DNA from: Monocercomonoides exilis PA203
Taxonomy: Eukaryota > Protista > Preaxostyla
Length of the DNA stretch: 64,000 bases
Direction of reading: 5' to 3'
NCBI GenBank assembly: GCA_001643675.2
Contig: LSRY02000003.1
Location: 1,736,001-1,800,000, forward strand
The translations under genes were made by a program, and so were the position numbers. The notes under the pieces were generated by a model. That model ran no database searches, was not told the origin of the DNA, and saw only the letters and a list, made by a program, of their open reading frames with translations. Shown in pieces: positions 14,175 through 26,407 of this stretch (within the stretch, counting starts at the first letter, position 1; every line of letters begins with the position of its first letter).

Positions 14175-15098
14175 ATACTCGGCGTTTTCAACTGTTCCTG
14201 CATTCCACACTCTTTCAGCTGGGGTTGTTGAGCCACAATTTTCAAACGGAGATTGAGTGATGGCATTACCATTGAAGAACACGTCGTTTCCTCTTCCATT
14301 TTTGGCAGTGTTTCCATCGAAGAAGCAGAATGTGATGAATCTAATTTCATTCATCCATGTGAAAGTTGCATCCAAATAGATGGCAGCACCTCCATAATAC
14401 GATGAACTTGTCAATTTGTTGTTTATGAATTGACACTCATTAACTAAAAATTGATTTGGCTTATTGGTTGGAGGATCATTGAATGTTAGAGAGCCAGCAG
14501 AATCACCACCAGAATTTGCGATACACCAACATTTGGAAAACAGGAATTGGCAAGTCGAAGTCATATTATTGAGCCAGAAATACCAACCAGTTCCACACCA
14601 ATCTGTTATTGAACAACTTTCCACTCTGTTTTCTGAGAATGTCCAAACAGAACTGGATTGCGGCCAGCCAATATAAGCAGCTCCTCCATGGGCAGCTGAG
14701 CAACTTGTGAAATTGGATTTTGCAATGTTGATATTCAGTAAATATACACAATATAATGCTCCACCGTATCCGTTACTTGAGCATTTGTTGAATGAACAGG
14801 AAGTGATTGTGAGATTGGCATTTGCACAATAAACATAAAGTGCACCGCCAGATGAAGATCCACCAGTTGAATCATTCCATTCGCACCACTCAAAGCGATA
14901 GCTATTCAAAGCAGTGAAGGACAATCTGCTTAATTTCTCTCTGTGAGTTTCATTTCCAATGTGTTCAACAGGAGCATTTGATGAAGAGCGTGTTTGGTGG
15001 AGGAAAGATGTGTTGAAGGCAGAAAGAGAAGTGGATGGGCTGTTGAGGTTGGGGAGGATGGCACCATCAATGGTGTTGTGAGTGTGGAGGAAGGTGGT
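14175..15098 (-). pseudogene. Cassette 2: partial copy of the receptor N-terminal domain
   Basis: Open frame 15098-14133, immediately preceded by TAA. Homology runs from TTFLHTHNTIDGA to GTVENAEY. Confidence 0.85.
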
Positions 15099-15840
15099 TT
15101 AATAGAAGTATTTCACTTGCAAGAAAAACACACAAAAATGAAAGAAGAAAACCAGAAAAAATGATTTCTCCGAAACTCTCTGTTTTTATTTGTTATCATT
15201 TGCCTTCACAATTTTCAACAATTAATTATCTCAATTGATTCACTTTTTCTTCTCCTTCTCCTTCTCCTTCTCCTTCAAACATATCAACAACATGTCACAC
15301 AATTTCTTCTTTGACTTCATCATTCACTTCCCAATTTTTAATTCTTCATCAATTGCTTCAGCTGCAGAGATGATAAGAGAAACGAAGAAGAAACGAAAAA
15401 ATTTTGCAGTTGAAGGAAAAACTTACAAATAAAATTTAGAGGAAGAAGAATGAGAGAAGAGGCGAAAAAGAAAGCAAATGAAGAGTCTATTTTGAAAGAG
15501 GATTCAGAAAGAAAATGGAATTGAAGGATTATGCAAATTTTTTGAATGAAAAGACGAAGATGGAAGGAGAGAAGATTCTGGTTGGAAGTTGAATTTGCGA
15601 AGAGAAGGAAACATCAACTTACAAAAAGAAATGTATTTGGATAGACAGAGGATAAATTTGAATAAAGAAATAACAAATAGGGGTAAATGACGAAATTCAG
15701 AAGAAATCAAAATATTTGAATAAACGACTAAAAGAAGGAATGAGAGAAGGGGAGATGATAGATAATGAAAAAAGAGATGGAAGCAGGAAAAGCATTTCAT
15801 TGGAGAATTTGGAACGAAAAGCTAGAATCGGTCATTTTTT

Positions 15841-16885
15841 CTCAGCGTTTTCAGCTTGTCCATTATTAAACACTCTTTCAGCTGGGGTTGTTGAGCCACA
15901 ATTTTCAAACGGAGATTGAGTGATGGAACTGCCACTGAAGAACACATCGTTTCCTCTGCCATTTGTGGCAGTGTTTCCATCGAAGAAACAGAATGTAATG
16001 AATTTAAACCCGCTCATCCAGGAATAAGCATTCCTAAAAAACATTGCAGCACCTCCCCATGAAGTTGATGAACTTGTCAATTTGTTGTTTATGAATTGGC
16101 AATCATTAACTAAAAATTGATTTGGTTTGTTTTGTGGAGGTGAATGAAATGTGAGAGAACCAGCAGAATCTCCACCAGAATTTGAGATGCACTTGCATTT
16201 GGAAAACAGGAATTGAGCACTTGTTGGTGTACTTCCCATGTTAAAATACCAACCAGTTCCACACCAATTTGTTATTGAACAATTTTCCACTCTATTTTCC
16301 GAGAATGTCCAAACAGAATTTGTTTGTGGATTGTATAAGTGTGCTGCACCTCCATGTGCAGCTGTGCAGCTTGTGAAATTAGATTTGGTGACATTTATAT
16401 TCAACAAATTTCCGCAGCACAACGCTCCAGCATGATCACCGGTTGAACAGTTATTGAATGAACAAGAAGTGATTGTGAGATTTGCGTTTGTGCAAACAAC
16501 ATAAAGTGCACCTCCATAGTTATTTCCACCAGTTGAATTATTCCATTCGCACCATTCGAAGAGATAGCTGTTCAATTCAGTAAAGGACAATCTACCAGGT
16601 TTCAATTTTTGAGTTTCGGATCCGTTATATTTTACAGGTTCATTTGGAGAAGATCGAGTTTGGTGGAGAAAAGAAGCATTGAAGGCAGAGAGAGAAGTGG
16701 ATGGGCAGTTGAGGGAAGGGAGAATTGCACCATCGATGGGGTTGTGGGTGTGTTTGAAGATGGATGAGTGGATGGAGAGAGATGAGTGAAGAGAGAAGGA
16801 GGGGATTGAATTGGTGTTGGTGTTGGGGGAAGTGGAAGTGGAAGAAGAGAAAGAGGTGGTTGAGATGAAAGGATTGAGTGAGTGG
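15841..16885 (-). pseudogene. Cassette 3: partial copy of the receptor N-terminal domain
   Basis: Stop-free frame from LNPFISTTS to GQAENAE. Contains a 138-nt block with only 2 mismatches to 55366-55503. Confidence 0.85.
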
Positions 16886-17571
16886 AGGGGAAGGAATTGA
16901 AGGATTTGATGAGGTTTGGAGAAGAGAAGAAAAGAAGAAAAAGAAATTGAAGAGAAGAACTGTTACATTAAAAAATCCAAAAAGAAAGGTGAATTTTGAA
17001 ATTGCTTAAAAGTTCAAAAATATCCAATCATTCTATCAAATATTATTGATTCTAAAACATATCAGTATCTGTATTTTCATCTATGAAATAACAAAAAAAT
17101 TGGAGAAAAATTTTTATCAATCAAACTCAATATTTTTTTTTTTTTTTTTTTTTGTGTATTCAAAACTTTTTAAAAAAAAAGTTATTTCTCTCTTTTTTTT
17201 CGAAATATACACCAAAAAAAAATACAAAGTCGAAAAACTTTCAAGTTAAGTCGAAAGCTCAAATTTTTCAAAATTTAAACAAGTTGACAAAAATCAATAA
17301 AAATCATAAAACATTTTTTTTATTTAAATATCAATGATACTGTTATTTCGACAATTTTTCATCTCTTTTCCTGCATATTTTTGTGCTTCCTTTTGTCCAA
17401 TTGCATATTAAAAAAACATGAGAGGAATTTTTACATATTTTTGTCTCATTTCAATTGAAAGCACACTTCTTCGCAGAAAATTCATTAAAGAAAATTTTTG
17501 ATTTTTTAACTTATTTAATGAAGGATTATGAATTCAACATTGGCTCTTTTTTTTGTGTGTTTTTTAATTTA

Positions 17572-18018
17572 TTTGGGTGATTATTTTTGAAATGGGATGA
17601 GATTTTTTGCTTTTTGAATTTTGCTCCATTCTGAATATTCGAACCTATTTCTCATTTTTTTAATATTTCTGTATTTTTTTGGAATGGAAATGATAGACTT
17701 GTAATGATATAGATGGAAAAAAAGTTTGGAACAAATCGATGTTTTTTATAACAAAAGCAAGAATTTTGTACCAAATCATATTATTTCATACATAATTTTC
17801 GGTTTTCAAAAATGATCTTGAATATTATCAAATGAACATTGAAAAGTGAAAAGGCTTATTGAATGCATTTTAATCTTTGATTCAGAAAAATCATTTGTTT
17901 TAAAAAACAATTATTATGCTTTTTCTCTTTTCAAATAAAATTTTTCTTTCAAAAACAAACAATCTTTGAAAAACAAACACCCCGAAAAAAGATATGATCT
18001 TAAAAATAATCACACATT
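17572..18018. mobile_element. MITE-like element, TIR family TATGGGTGATTATTTTTGAAATCATA
   Basis: tttgggtgattatttttgaaat ... atatgatcttaaaaataatcacacat. The right half is homologous to 34350-34531. Confidence 0.6.
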
Positions 18019-20320
18019 TATTTTATTTAATTTTTTTTTTTTTTTTATTTTTATTTTTATTTTTTTTTTTTTTTATAAAAAACCTATTTTTGAAAAAAAT
18101 GATTTCAAAAATTTAAAACGATTTTGTTTTCTGTTTTCCTTATTTGTCAAAAATTTTTTTGATAAGTTCGTAATGATTGATTTTCAAAAAGAAAAAAAAT
18201 TTCAAATTTCAATGAAATTTCTTCTTCCGCTCACCAAAATTTTCTGTCATGAAAACAAAATATTGACAATGATATTATTTCTATTTTTGTGAAGTTTCAT
18301 GAGAGAATACAGAAATTTGTTCGAAATATGAAATTTTTATTCTATTTGAAAATTAAACAAAATGAACTTTTCAAAAAATTTGAGACAAGTTCTATTCGGA
18401 CGTGCAAACTTTTTTATGTTCAAAGAATATTTATTTTCGATTTTAAATTAGTTTCATTTGCAAAAATTCAATAATCGTTCGTGAACTCATAAGAATGGAA
18501 GCTTTTTTTTTCTTTTCAAATTCTTTTTTGATTTCTCGAGAAAAGAAATATAGCAACAACAACAAACATGAAAGATCGGAAGAAGAATAAGAAGATTTCA
18601 CAAGTGTTGCATGCTGGATATAATTATGTTTGTTATTTTGATAATTTCAACATTTTAATTTCACATTTATTTCCTTTTTTTCAATTGTCTTCCTTTTCAT
18701 TCAGCGTTTAACATACAATATATATTTCAGTCATTGTGCTTGCAACAAATAGCTTTGATCTATGTAATGATTTTATTTTTGTTTTTTATTGATAATTCAT
18801 ATATTTATTTTTTTCCTGTGACATTCAATGACATAGTCAATGAACGATTGAAATTTCGGTAACAAAAAAATATCTGAATATTTGAAACAATTTCAAGGGG
18901 ATATCTTTTCTTATAACTGGAGTTAAAAGAAAAAAAAAATATGAAGAAAGAAAAAAGCAAGATTAAGGAAAAGATGAGAGAAGAAAATATAAAATGGAAG
19001 AAGTTAATGGTTAAATAGTTGAATTCATAAATAGCTGTAAACAGAATAGCTGCATAAAAAGACAATAATAGGAAAAAATTGAAAGGAACAAATGATAAAG
19101 AAAGAAGAAATTGAAGAAATGAACGATTGAATAAAAGCTATTGGGCTAAAAATAACCCCAAATGTTTTTTCCATTTTTTTTCTTTTCTTTGTCTGCCGCG
19201 TTTGCTTTGATTGAATTTGTTGTTGTTATTGATGTTCACCTTTTGGAGCTTGTTTTTCTGCTCCTCCTATCTGCTGCTGTATTGTTATTCCCTTTAACAG
19301 TGCAGAGAATGTGAATGCTTTTGGACAACATTCAGGAAAAGATGAAGAGGAAAGAGATATGTTGCTTTTCTTTAATGACGTGCACACTGAATGATGTTCC
19401 ACAATTTTTCAACCGAGAATTGCTCAAAATGCGCTTTCGAATGTCGATATCTAATCATCTTCGCTGAAGTGTCATATTTGTCAATATGAACAAGAACAGC
19501 TCAAACAAAACGTTGTTTTCAAGTGATTGTGAGTGGGCGACTGAAAAAGAAGAAAACGGAAAGAAGTATTTTTCAGGAGAGAAGTTGATAGACGTTGATA
19601 GAAATATGATGGAAATGAAATAACGAGGAATAGAAATTTATGGGATTTGACAAAGAGGAGAAAAATGATGATGAAATAATGAATACTATCAAAACCGGAT
19701 ATTGTTACGTCGAATAAAATCTCGTAAGTTTAAAAGTCACATTAAACCATGTACGGACATTTTTTGCTTGTTTTTCATTCATTTTCCATCACATATAATT
19801 ATAGGGCTGAATTTGTTTAATCATATGGGGGAAAATACTGATTTTCAAGCTTTTTTTGCACTTAGTACAAAAAAATTGCTTCACTTATAACATTGTTTCA
19901 CCCACTCAGATTTCAAAATAAATTTGATTTTCAAATGCTTAAATAGGCATTGCAGAAATAAAAATAAAAAGTTTTCCGATATTTCGTGTTTACAAAAAAA
20001 TGAACACATTTTTATTATGTTTTTTGATTAAAAAAAGTCAATGAAAAGTGCATAATTTTTCAATGAAAATGCCTGAAGTCAAATATTTTGTCCCATATTT
20101 TAAATAATAATGTAGCTGATCCTTTTTGAAATCATTTTTTCGTTCGAGATTTGATCAAAATTTCAATCTCAATGGGATTTTGGTAATATAAATTTTTTAA
20201 CAATATCAACACCATGAACAACATGTATTATCAGTTATAGTTCAATTTTTCAAAATACCTTTAAGAAAATTTTTCTGAACATAAAAAAAAAAAAACTTTC
20301 AAATCACATCATCATCTTTA

Positions 20321-20713
20321 TGTGGGTCATTATTTTTGAAAAGATGCAATCGTTTAATAACTGCATTTACCTGAATTGAATTAAATTTTGTCATTTTTTG
20401 AAGTGAATGAATCATATTTCTTCACAATGCACTTTTTCTCACATCAAATAGGTTTCAAAATTTGAATGTGCCATATGATAGTGTTTGATGGATTTGCTCC
20501 AAAAAATACAAAAAAAAAGAATAAATTTAATTAAAATCAATAATTTAACTTTTGCGATTTTTCAAAAAGAATGACCCATTTAAGCAAATTCATTTGTCCA
20601 AAACACAGATGTGATGAATTTTGCTAAGAATTCAAAATCACATTTTAATTATAATAGCCTTAAAAAAATGTTGAAACCGAAAAAAGAAATGATTTTGAAA
20701 ACCATCACACATA
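20321..20713. mobile_element. MITE-like element, same TIR family (degenerate)
   Basis: tgtgggtcattatttttgaa ... atgattttgaaaaccatcacacata. Confidence 0.55.
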
Positions 20714-22179
20714 TTGCATCGTACATGATATCACTAATTTCAAATTGATTTCAAATGAAAAAAGATCTATTTCTTATCTGAAACAAATATGTTCATATCA
20801 TTAAAAGTTTTATTTTCAATGTTCATCATCGAAATGATGAATTGGCAAATCCAATAATTCGAAAAACTATCTCAATCAAATAAAAATTTTTTAACAGTTG
20901 AAAATGATTTCATAAAATGAAAAGTTATGATTCATATGATGAAAATGGTCAATTCTTTCAAAGAAAATCACAAATAAAGCAAATCGACCAACATTTGAAA
21001 GAATATTATCAATCCATGTAATGTTGATAATTGCATGATGATAAATTTCCGAATAAGCTTTGAATCTTTTGAATCACAAAAGAAACCTTTGCTTGAAAGT
21101 CATTTCAGTTTTCTATAAATTTTTTTTCAAAAAAAATTGTTAAACGATCCAACATCAAATTTGAATAAAAGATCAGTGAATAATAATTTCCGCAGTATCC
21201 ATGTTAACATGTTTGCATCCCACAATAAATCTTTCTGAGTTATGAAAATTTAAACAAAAAGATGGATTCGAATCAGCAATGAGTGACACTTCACACACTG
21301 TCTCATTCTTTGCAAAGATTAATATTGAAATTGTATTAGCTAATAACTTCAAAAAATGCACAAATAACATTTCTTCACCAAAATCAAGAGATGTTGCTAA
21401 TTGTCAACATAAATTGATTTTCGATTCCACAAACATTCACGTTTTTTCATTAACATGTTTGAATAGATTAAGAATGAACATTTGGAGCTGCTTTTTCGAA
21501 TTTTTTTTTCATTATCTTTTAAAAATTATTTGTTCAAAATAAACAAATCGGATAAGATGAAAAGGAACGCCTGGGAGATATCAAACCATATAAAAATCCA
21601 GATAAAAATTTAGTGATTATTTTTATCCGACGCTTGATACCACGTCTTTTGCCTTTACAACATAGCAAAAGCCGAGCATGCACTTTATATCTTGCTTTAT
21701 GATCAAGTTCACATATGGGACAATTACAGAAATTGAATGTTAATGAATTGCGTAAAAGTCTGAATCGTCTGAAAATCATTTCAATTGAAAATTGAGGAAC
21801 GTTTATGATATTTTGTGAGTTTTGCTGCTTTGAACATGTTTTTCTTTCATTCAAAACAGTTCCATTTTTTTTTGTTCCTTGAAGATCAATTAAACAGCGT
21901 TGTGGAGAAATGCAGATTGTAGATCCGTGCAAATGATTGTTCTCGCTTTCAAACAACAAGAAATCTTTCATGTGTGTAATGTCAAAAAAGGGGCCACATT
22001 TTCAATTGTGAAAAAAGATATTCTTCAAAATATTTGTCGTTTACTGATATTTAAGATTGAGAATATTATGATTGAAAAGTTTTTGAAAAAATCAATTGGT
22101 TTGGCTTTTGTGACACTGCATGTGATTTGACATTCTTTCCAAATAAAGAAAAAAAACATTCACTTATTAAACATTCTCA

Positions 22180-23100
22180 CGAGAAATGAAATTTCAAAAC
22201 AAGTTAATAAGAATACAGAATTTTCTATTTCAAAGGTTCTTTCCGTGATGTTCTGTGAAATAATTCGCTTCACACTTTTTTTCCTTCAGAAAAGAAGATT
22301 TGCTTCACAATAGAAAGTGAAGCACAAAGCGATTCCGGTTATGAGGACTGGAATCACTGAAAAATTTGAAAGTCGAAGAGTTTTTGAAGAATGATCTTTT
22401 CAAAACCGATTGCAAACACTCTTTGACAAATCGAAAATTATTTAATTGGCATTCTGATAGAAAGTTGTAAGTTTTTTTTATTTACTAATCATTTTGTTTT
22501 TGAATTGAAATCACTGTGAAACGTTATATTTTTTTGGAATCATAATATTCTTGCTGAAACTGGTGAAATCTGATCGGCAATTTCCATTTTTCTTTGAAAT
22601 CAAACAGCAATAACACTTTATTCTCCTTCAAATCATGAACTGTTTCTTGTAAATTTTTTCGTTGCCATTCTTCTTATGTTTGGAATATTTTCAAAATTTA
22701 GAAATATTTCAAGTCCGATTTGCTTTTATTTGAAGAAAAAACAGATCTCAATTTTCTTTCCAAATGATTTTGTTTTTCACACATTTCACAAACATCTGTT
22801 TGCTTTTTTGTTCGATGAAATTATGTTGAATATTTGTGGAAATAAGTGAGTGATAATTTTTTATTTGATTCTTCCTGAAATTCCTTCCATAATCTTGATT
22901 TCGGCTTGAAAATAAGTCTTTTTTCATTTGGTGAAAAAATCCGAGTTGATTTTTGATTCTGTTTTGGTGGTATATGAATGCTGAAGTTTGAAGAGGATAT
23001 TGAAAGTGCTTCATCGTTGTTTACTCAGAACACAGCTCCTTCAATGCTTTTTGACAAACAGTTTTGTCGTTTTGATTTTCAGATGGTTGAACTTATGAAA
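22180..23100 (-). pseudogene. Decayed DDD transposase, Sola(2)-like
   Basis: Ordered motifs across stops and frameshifts: FHRTKKQTDVCEMCE; LLFDFKEKW...QEYY; FFSDSSPHNRN; NYFTEHHGKN. The superfamily assignment comes from motif recall. Confidence 0.6.
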
Positions 23101-23174
23101 GTTCTCCTCCATTTTGAATGCAATTTTTATCATGATTTGTGTTATCTTCTATGTAAAATGATAATAATGGTGCA

Positions 23175-23705
23175 TATGGGTGATTATTTTTGAAATCGTA
23201 ACTTTTTTCGGTGTGTGCATAATTATGAAAATTTTTTGAATTCGTAAATAAAATTTTTGTTGAAATGATTTTTTCATTCAATTGAATCAAAACGCATTGT
23301 TTGATATGAAAGAAACACAGAGATGATTTTTGTTGTGGTATTTCTTTTCTGTGTTCATTTGCATTTGGGGCAAAATTTTTCACTTCAGGCATTTTCATAG
23401 AAAAATTGTCCACTTTTCATTCGCTTTTTGTGATGAAAGAATGTGAAAAAAATGGATTTATATATTGAAATACATGTGAGGTTGCAAGACTTTTTGTGAT
23501 CACATCAATGATGTTTGTTTACAGTTATGTAAATCTTATTTATTTTGAGATCTGATAATGTTAAATATTGTTATAAGATAATCAACTTTTTTATTCTTAT
23601 TGCACAAAAAGCTTGAAAGACCGCATTTATCCCCATTTATTCAAAAAAGAAATTTTTAACTGAAGTTTTTCACGAAAAAATATGATTTCAAAAATTATTA
23701 CACAT
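23175..23705. mobile_element. MITE-like element, same TIR family
   Basis: tatgggtgattatttttgaaatcgtaacttttttcgg ... atatgatttcaaaaattattacacat. The first ~180 nt are identical to 35235-35415. Confidence 0.7.
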
Positions 23706-23740
23706 TTCCCTTTTGAAATAAATTTTCCTATGCTTGATTC

Positions 23741-24544
23741 CTACTTTGAGCATTGATTTTTGATGAAATTATTGTTGGAGATGGACCAGGATTCTTTATC
23801 AATGCAAGAATCTCTGTCAAATGAAATATAATGCCCATGGGATTGATCAGTTTGCCTGAATAATATTTGTCCAATAAAAAAATAACTTCTTTTTGTATGG
23901 AGATGAGCTGAAGATTTCGAGTTTGGAAATTCAATTGAAGAAGTTGCAAATGGTTTATGATGATATTTGACAAAAAAGAATAATTGTTTTGGTGGAATTG
24001 ATGGCTTCATGGATGAACATTCGTGTTCAATTGTAAATAATTGTGGATAAAAACGAATCTCAGTCCATTTTGTCGCTTCATTTTGTTTTCCGCAATTGCA
24101 ACACAAAACCATATTGCTTTTTGAAAGCTGTTCTTTAGATAAATATTTATTTAGCTCTCTTTCCACTGAATTTGAATTGATGATAATATTGTTGGAAGTG
24201 CTTTGTGCAATTGAAGAAAATCCACAAAATTTGCATTTTGTGTGGTTGGCAGTGGTAATATTAATATTATTCTTACGAAATGCATTGTCTTTGATGAGCC
24301 GTTTCATCAGAAAGTCATATGATTCTGAAATATTTTATTGTTTTTTTTCCGAAACCACAGAATGATTCCCTTTTGTCAATTAGGACTTGCTTCCATTCAT
24401 CCACATAATTTGAATTCCCCTGAATTTGAGATCAGACATTCGACAACATTTTTGAAAGATACGTTTTGCAATTTGGTTCTTTGACAATTGAAGGATTAAT
24501 AGAAATGATGGAAGAAAAGCTTTGCAATAACGATGATAAAGTCG
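23741..24544 (-). pseudogene. Ubiquitin-specific protease (C19)-like pseudogene, C-terminal half
   Basis: KKQ*NISESYDFL (QQD-box-like), CKFC and CCNC zinc ribbon, YPQLFTIE, YFFIGQILF...SHGHYISF (His box). Contains stops and a frameshift. Confidence 0.65.
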
Positions 24545-25466
24545 AGATATCACCTCCCTGAAAATGCAATTTCGAAAAATTGGATTTGCCAAACATTTCT
24601 TTATGTTTTGCTACTGTTTTTAAAATTAGTTGCAAATAGCGAATCTTCCACTTTGATAAAAAATATTTTTTTGAAGGAAAAATTTTATTATGGTAGTTGA
24701 TCAATCGTGTAATTTGTTCATTTTCATTTCTCATTAAATAGTAAAAAGTTTAATTCAAATACCTCGGTTTGCTTTTTACATTTTGTTTCTGTTTCATGAA
24801 ATATTGCGTGATTTCTTAAATTTTATTTAATTAACAAAAACAGTGACGTGATCTTCAAAATTAACAATTTGAAGCAACGCTATTGAAATGGAAATAAACA
24901 TAGTCAAATTCATATGAGATATGTTGTTATTATTATAATCTTTCTTTTATTTTATTAAATAATCTTGAATATTCGTTATATTTTATATAATAACTTGTGT
25001 TTCTTTAAACTTCTCTCAATATAACATAAAATTGAAATGGCAAAGCGTATGCGCAGTAAGTAGCAGCGAAAAGCAGTGCGAAGCTGGGGAAAGCTGGGGG
25101 AAGCAGTGCGAAGCTGGGGAAAGCTGGGGGAAGCAGTGCGAAGCTGGGGGAAGCTGAGATTTGTGTGTAAAATGATTTAAAATGTAATTATGACATTTTA
25201 ATTGATTATTTGTCAATATAAATGAAAATTGAGATAATCGAGATAAAAGAAGTGAGTAAAGAAAGGAGAAAAGAGAGAAAAGAGAAAAAAAGACAAGAAG
25301 ACAAAGAATGAATATATAGTTATTATTTGTTTTGCTTTTTTAATTTAATGTTTTTTGTTAATAAATAAAAAATAAATCATTGAACATCTCATATTTTTTA
25401 TTTAATTATTTAATTTGATATTTGCAAAAATTGTTAAAAATTTTACAAATGAATTGGATGGATTTC
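24543..25466. repeat. Left arm of a 924-bp inverted repeat
   Basis: Reverse complement of 26343-27266 (paired coordinates sum to 51809). Identical ORFs appear on opposite strands. Confidence 0.95.
25071..25156 (+). repeat. 10-bp-period G-rich tandem array (AAGCTGGGGR / AAGCAGTGCG; 30-bp higher-order unit)
   Basis: Read directly; mirrored at 26653-26738. Confidence 0.95.
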
Positions 25467-25513
25467 CATAAATTTTGCTTTTCTTTTTAAAAGCTGATCG
25501 ATTTATTTTTCTC

Positions 25514-26407
25514 ATGCAAAATCAAAGAGAATCGAGAACATATTTTAAGAAGTTATTTCGAATCTTTTCAACAGAAAAAGAAACAGTAAACTGGCTATTA
25601 GAGAATTAGATACTGGAAAAAAACAAATATTGCTGGAAATGCAAAAGAAATACGAAATTGTATGTTTTTGAAGATAATGCAACAAGATTTGTTTGTAGAC
25701 ACAAACAAATTAACATTAAGACCAACAATCACTTTAGCCAATTCAAAATGAGAATTAGTTGTGTTTGTCTGATGGCATTGTGTTTTTGGACGGGAATGTC
25801 TCAAAAACATTGTTCTTTTATTACTGGAAAATCTCCGATTACAGTTAGCAAAATGTTTGCAAATTTCAGACAGACAATTTCGCTCTACAAAAAGAAACAT
25901 AAGGAAAAAATTGGAGGAGAAAATGTTGAAGTTGAAATTGATGAAGTAGTTTTCCCAAAGAGAAAATACAATAGAGGAAGAGGGAAACGGCAAAATTGGA
26001 TATTGGGTGGAATAGAGAGGCCAAAGAAAAAAGGAGAAAAATCAAAGCTTTTTTTATTGCCAGTCTAAAAAAGAACTCGCGAAATTCTTCATTCATCAAT
26101 CGAGGAGCATGTTTCAAAAAAGACAAAGATATTCACAGATTGTTGGAAGGGTTATAACGGAATCAACGAAAAAGATTATCTTCACGAAACTGTTAACTAC
26201 AGTAAAAGATTTGTTGATCCAATAACTAAAGCTCACACACAACGAATTGAAAGTACGTGGAGCTTGTTAAGAAAATATCTTCCTCCTTATAAAGTCAGAA
26301 AAAAATACTTGGAAGAATATTTGGATTCATTCACATTTCAAAGAAATCCATCCAATTCATTTGTAAAATTTTTAACAATTTTTGCAAATATCAAATTAAA
26401 TAATTAA
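25514..26407 (+). pseudogene. Merlin/IS1595 (ISXO2-like) DDE transposase with two in-frame stops
   Basis: CWKC zinc knuckle; IGGENVEVEIDE; KRKYNRGR; WILGGIER; IFTDCWKGY; HETVNYSKRFVDP; HTQRIESTW. Single frame, with TAG at ~25607 and TAA at 26066. Confidence 0.9.

Larger units (their letters stand above)
13600..16900. repeat. Diverged tandem duplication (spacer + cassette units, ~1.6-1.7 kb period)
   Basis: 13601 caattttcaacaattaat matches 15209. 13965 gtatttggata...gaatgac resembles 15632. Both cassettes end at the same ENAE position followed by homologous sequence. Confidence 0.75.

Noticed and set aside
9509-16885. Diversity-generating retroelement template/variable repeats
   Set aside because: No reverse transcriptase in the window, and differences are block-wise and not adenine-specific.
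25071-25156. CRISPR-like repeat array
   Set aside because: Contiguous tandem repeats with no unique spacers, no cas genes, and a eukaryotic context.
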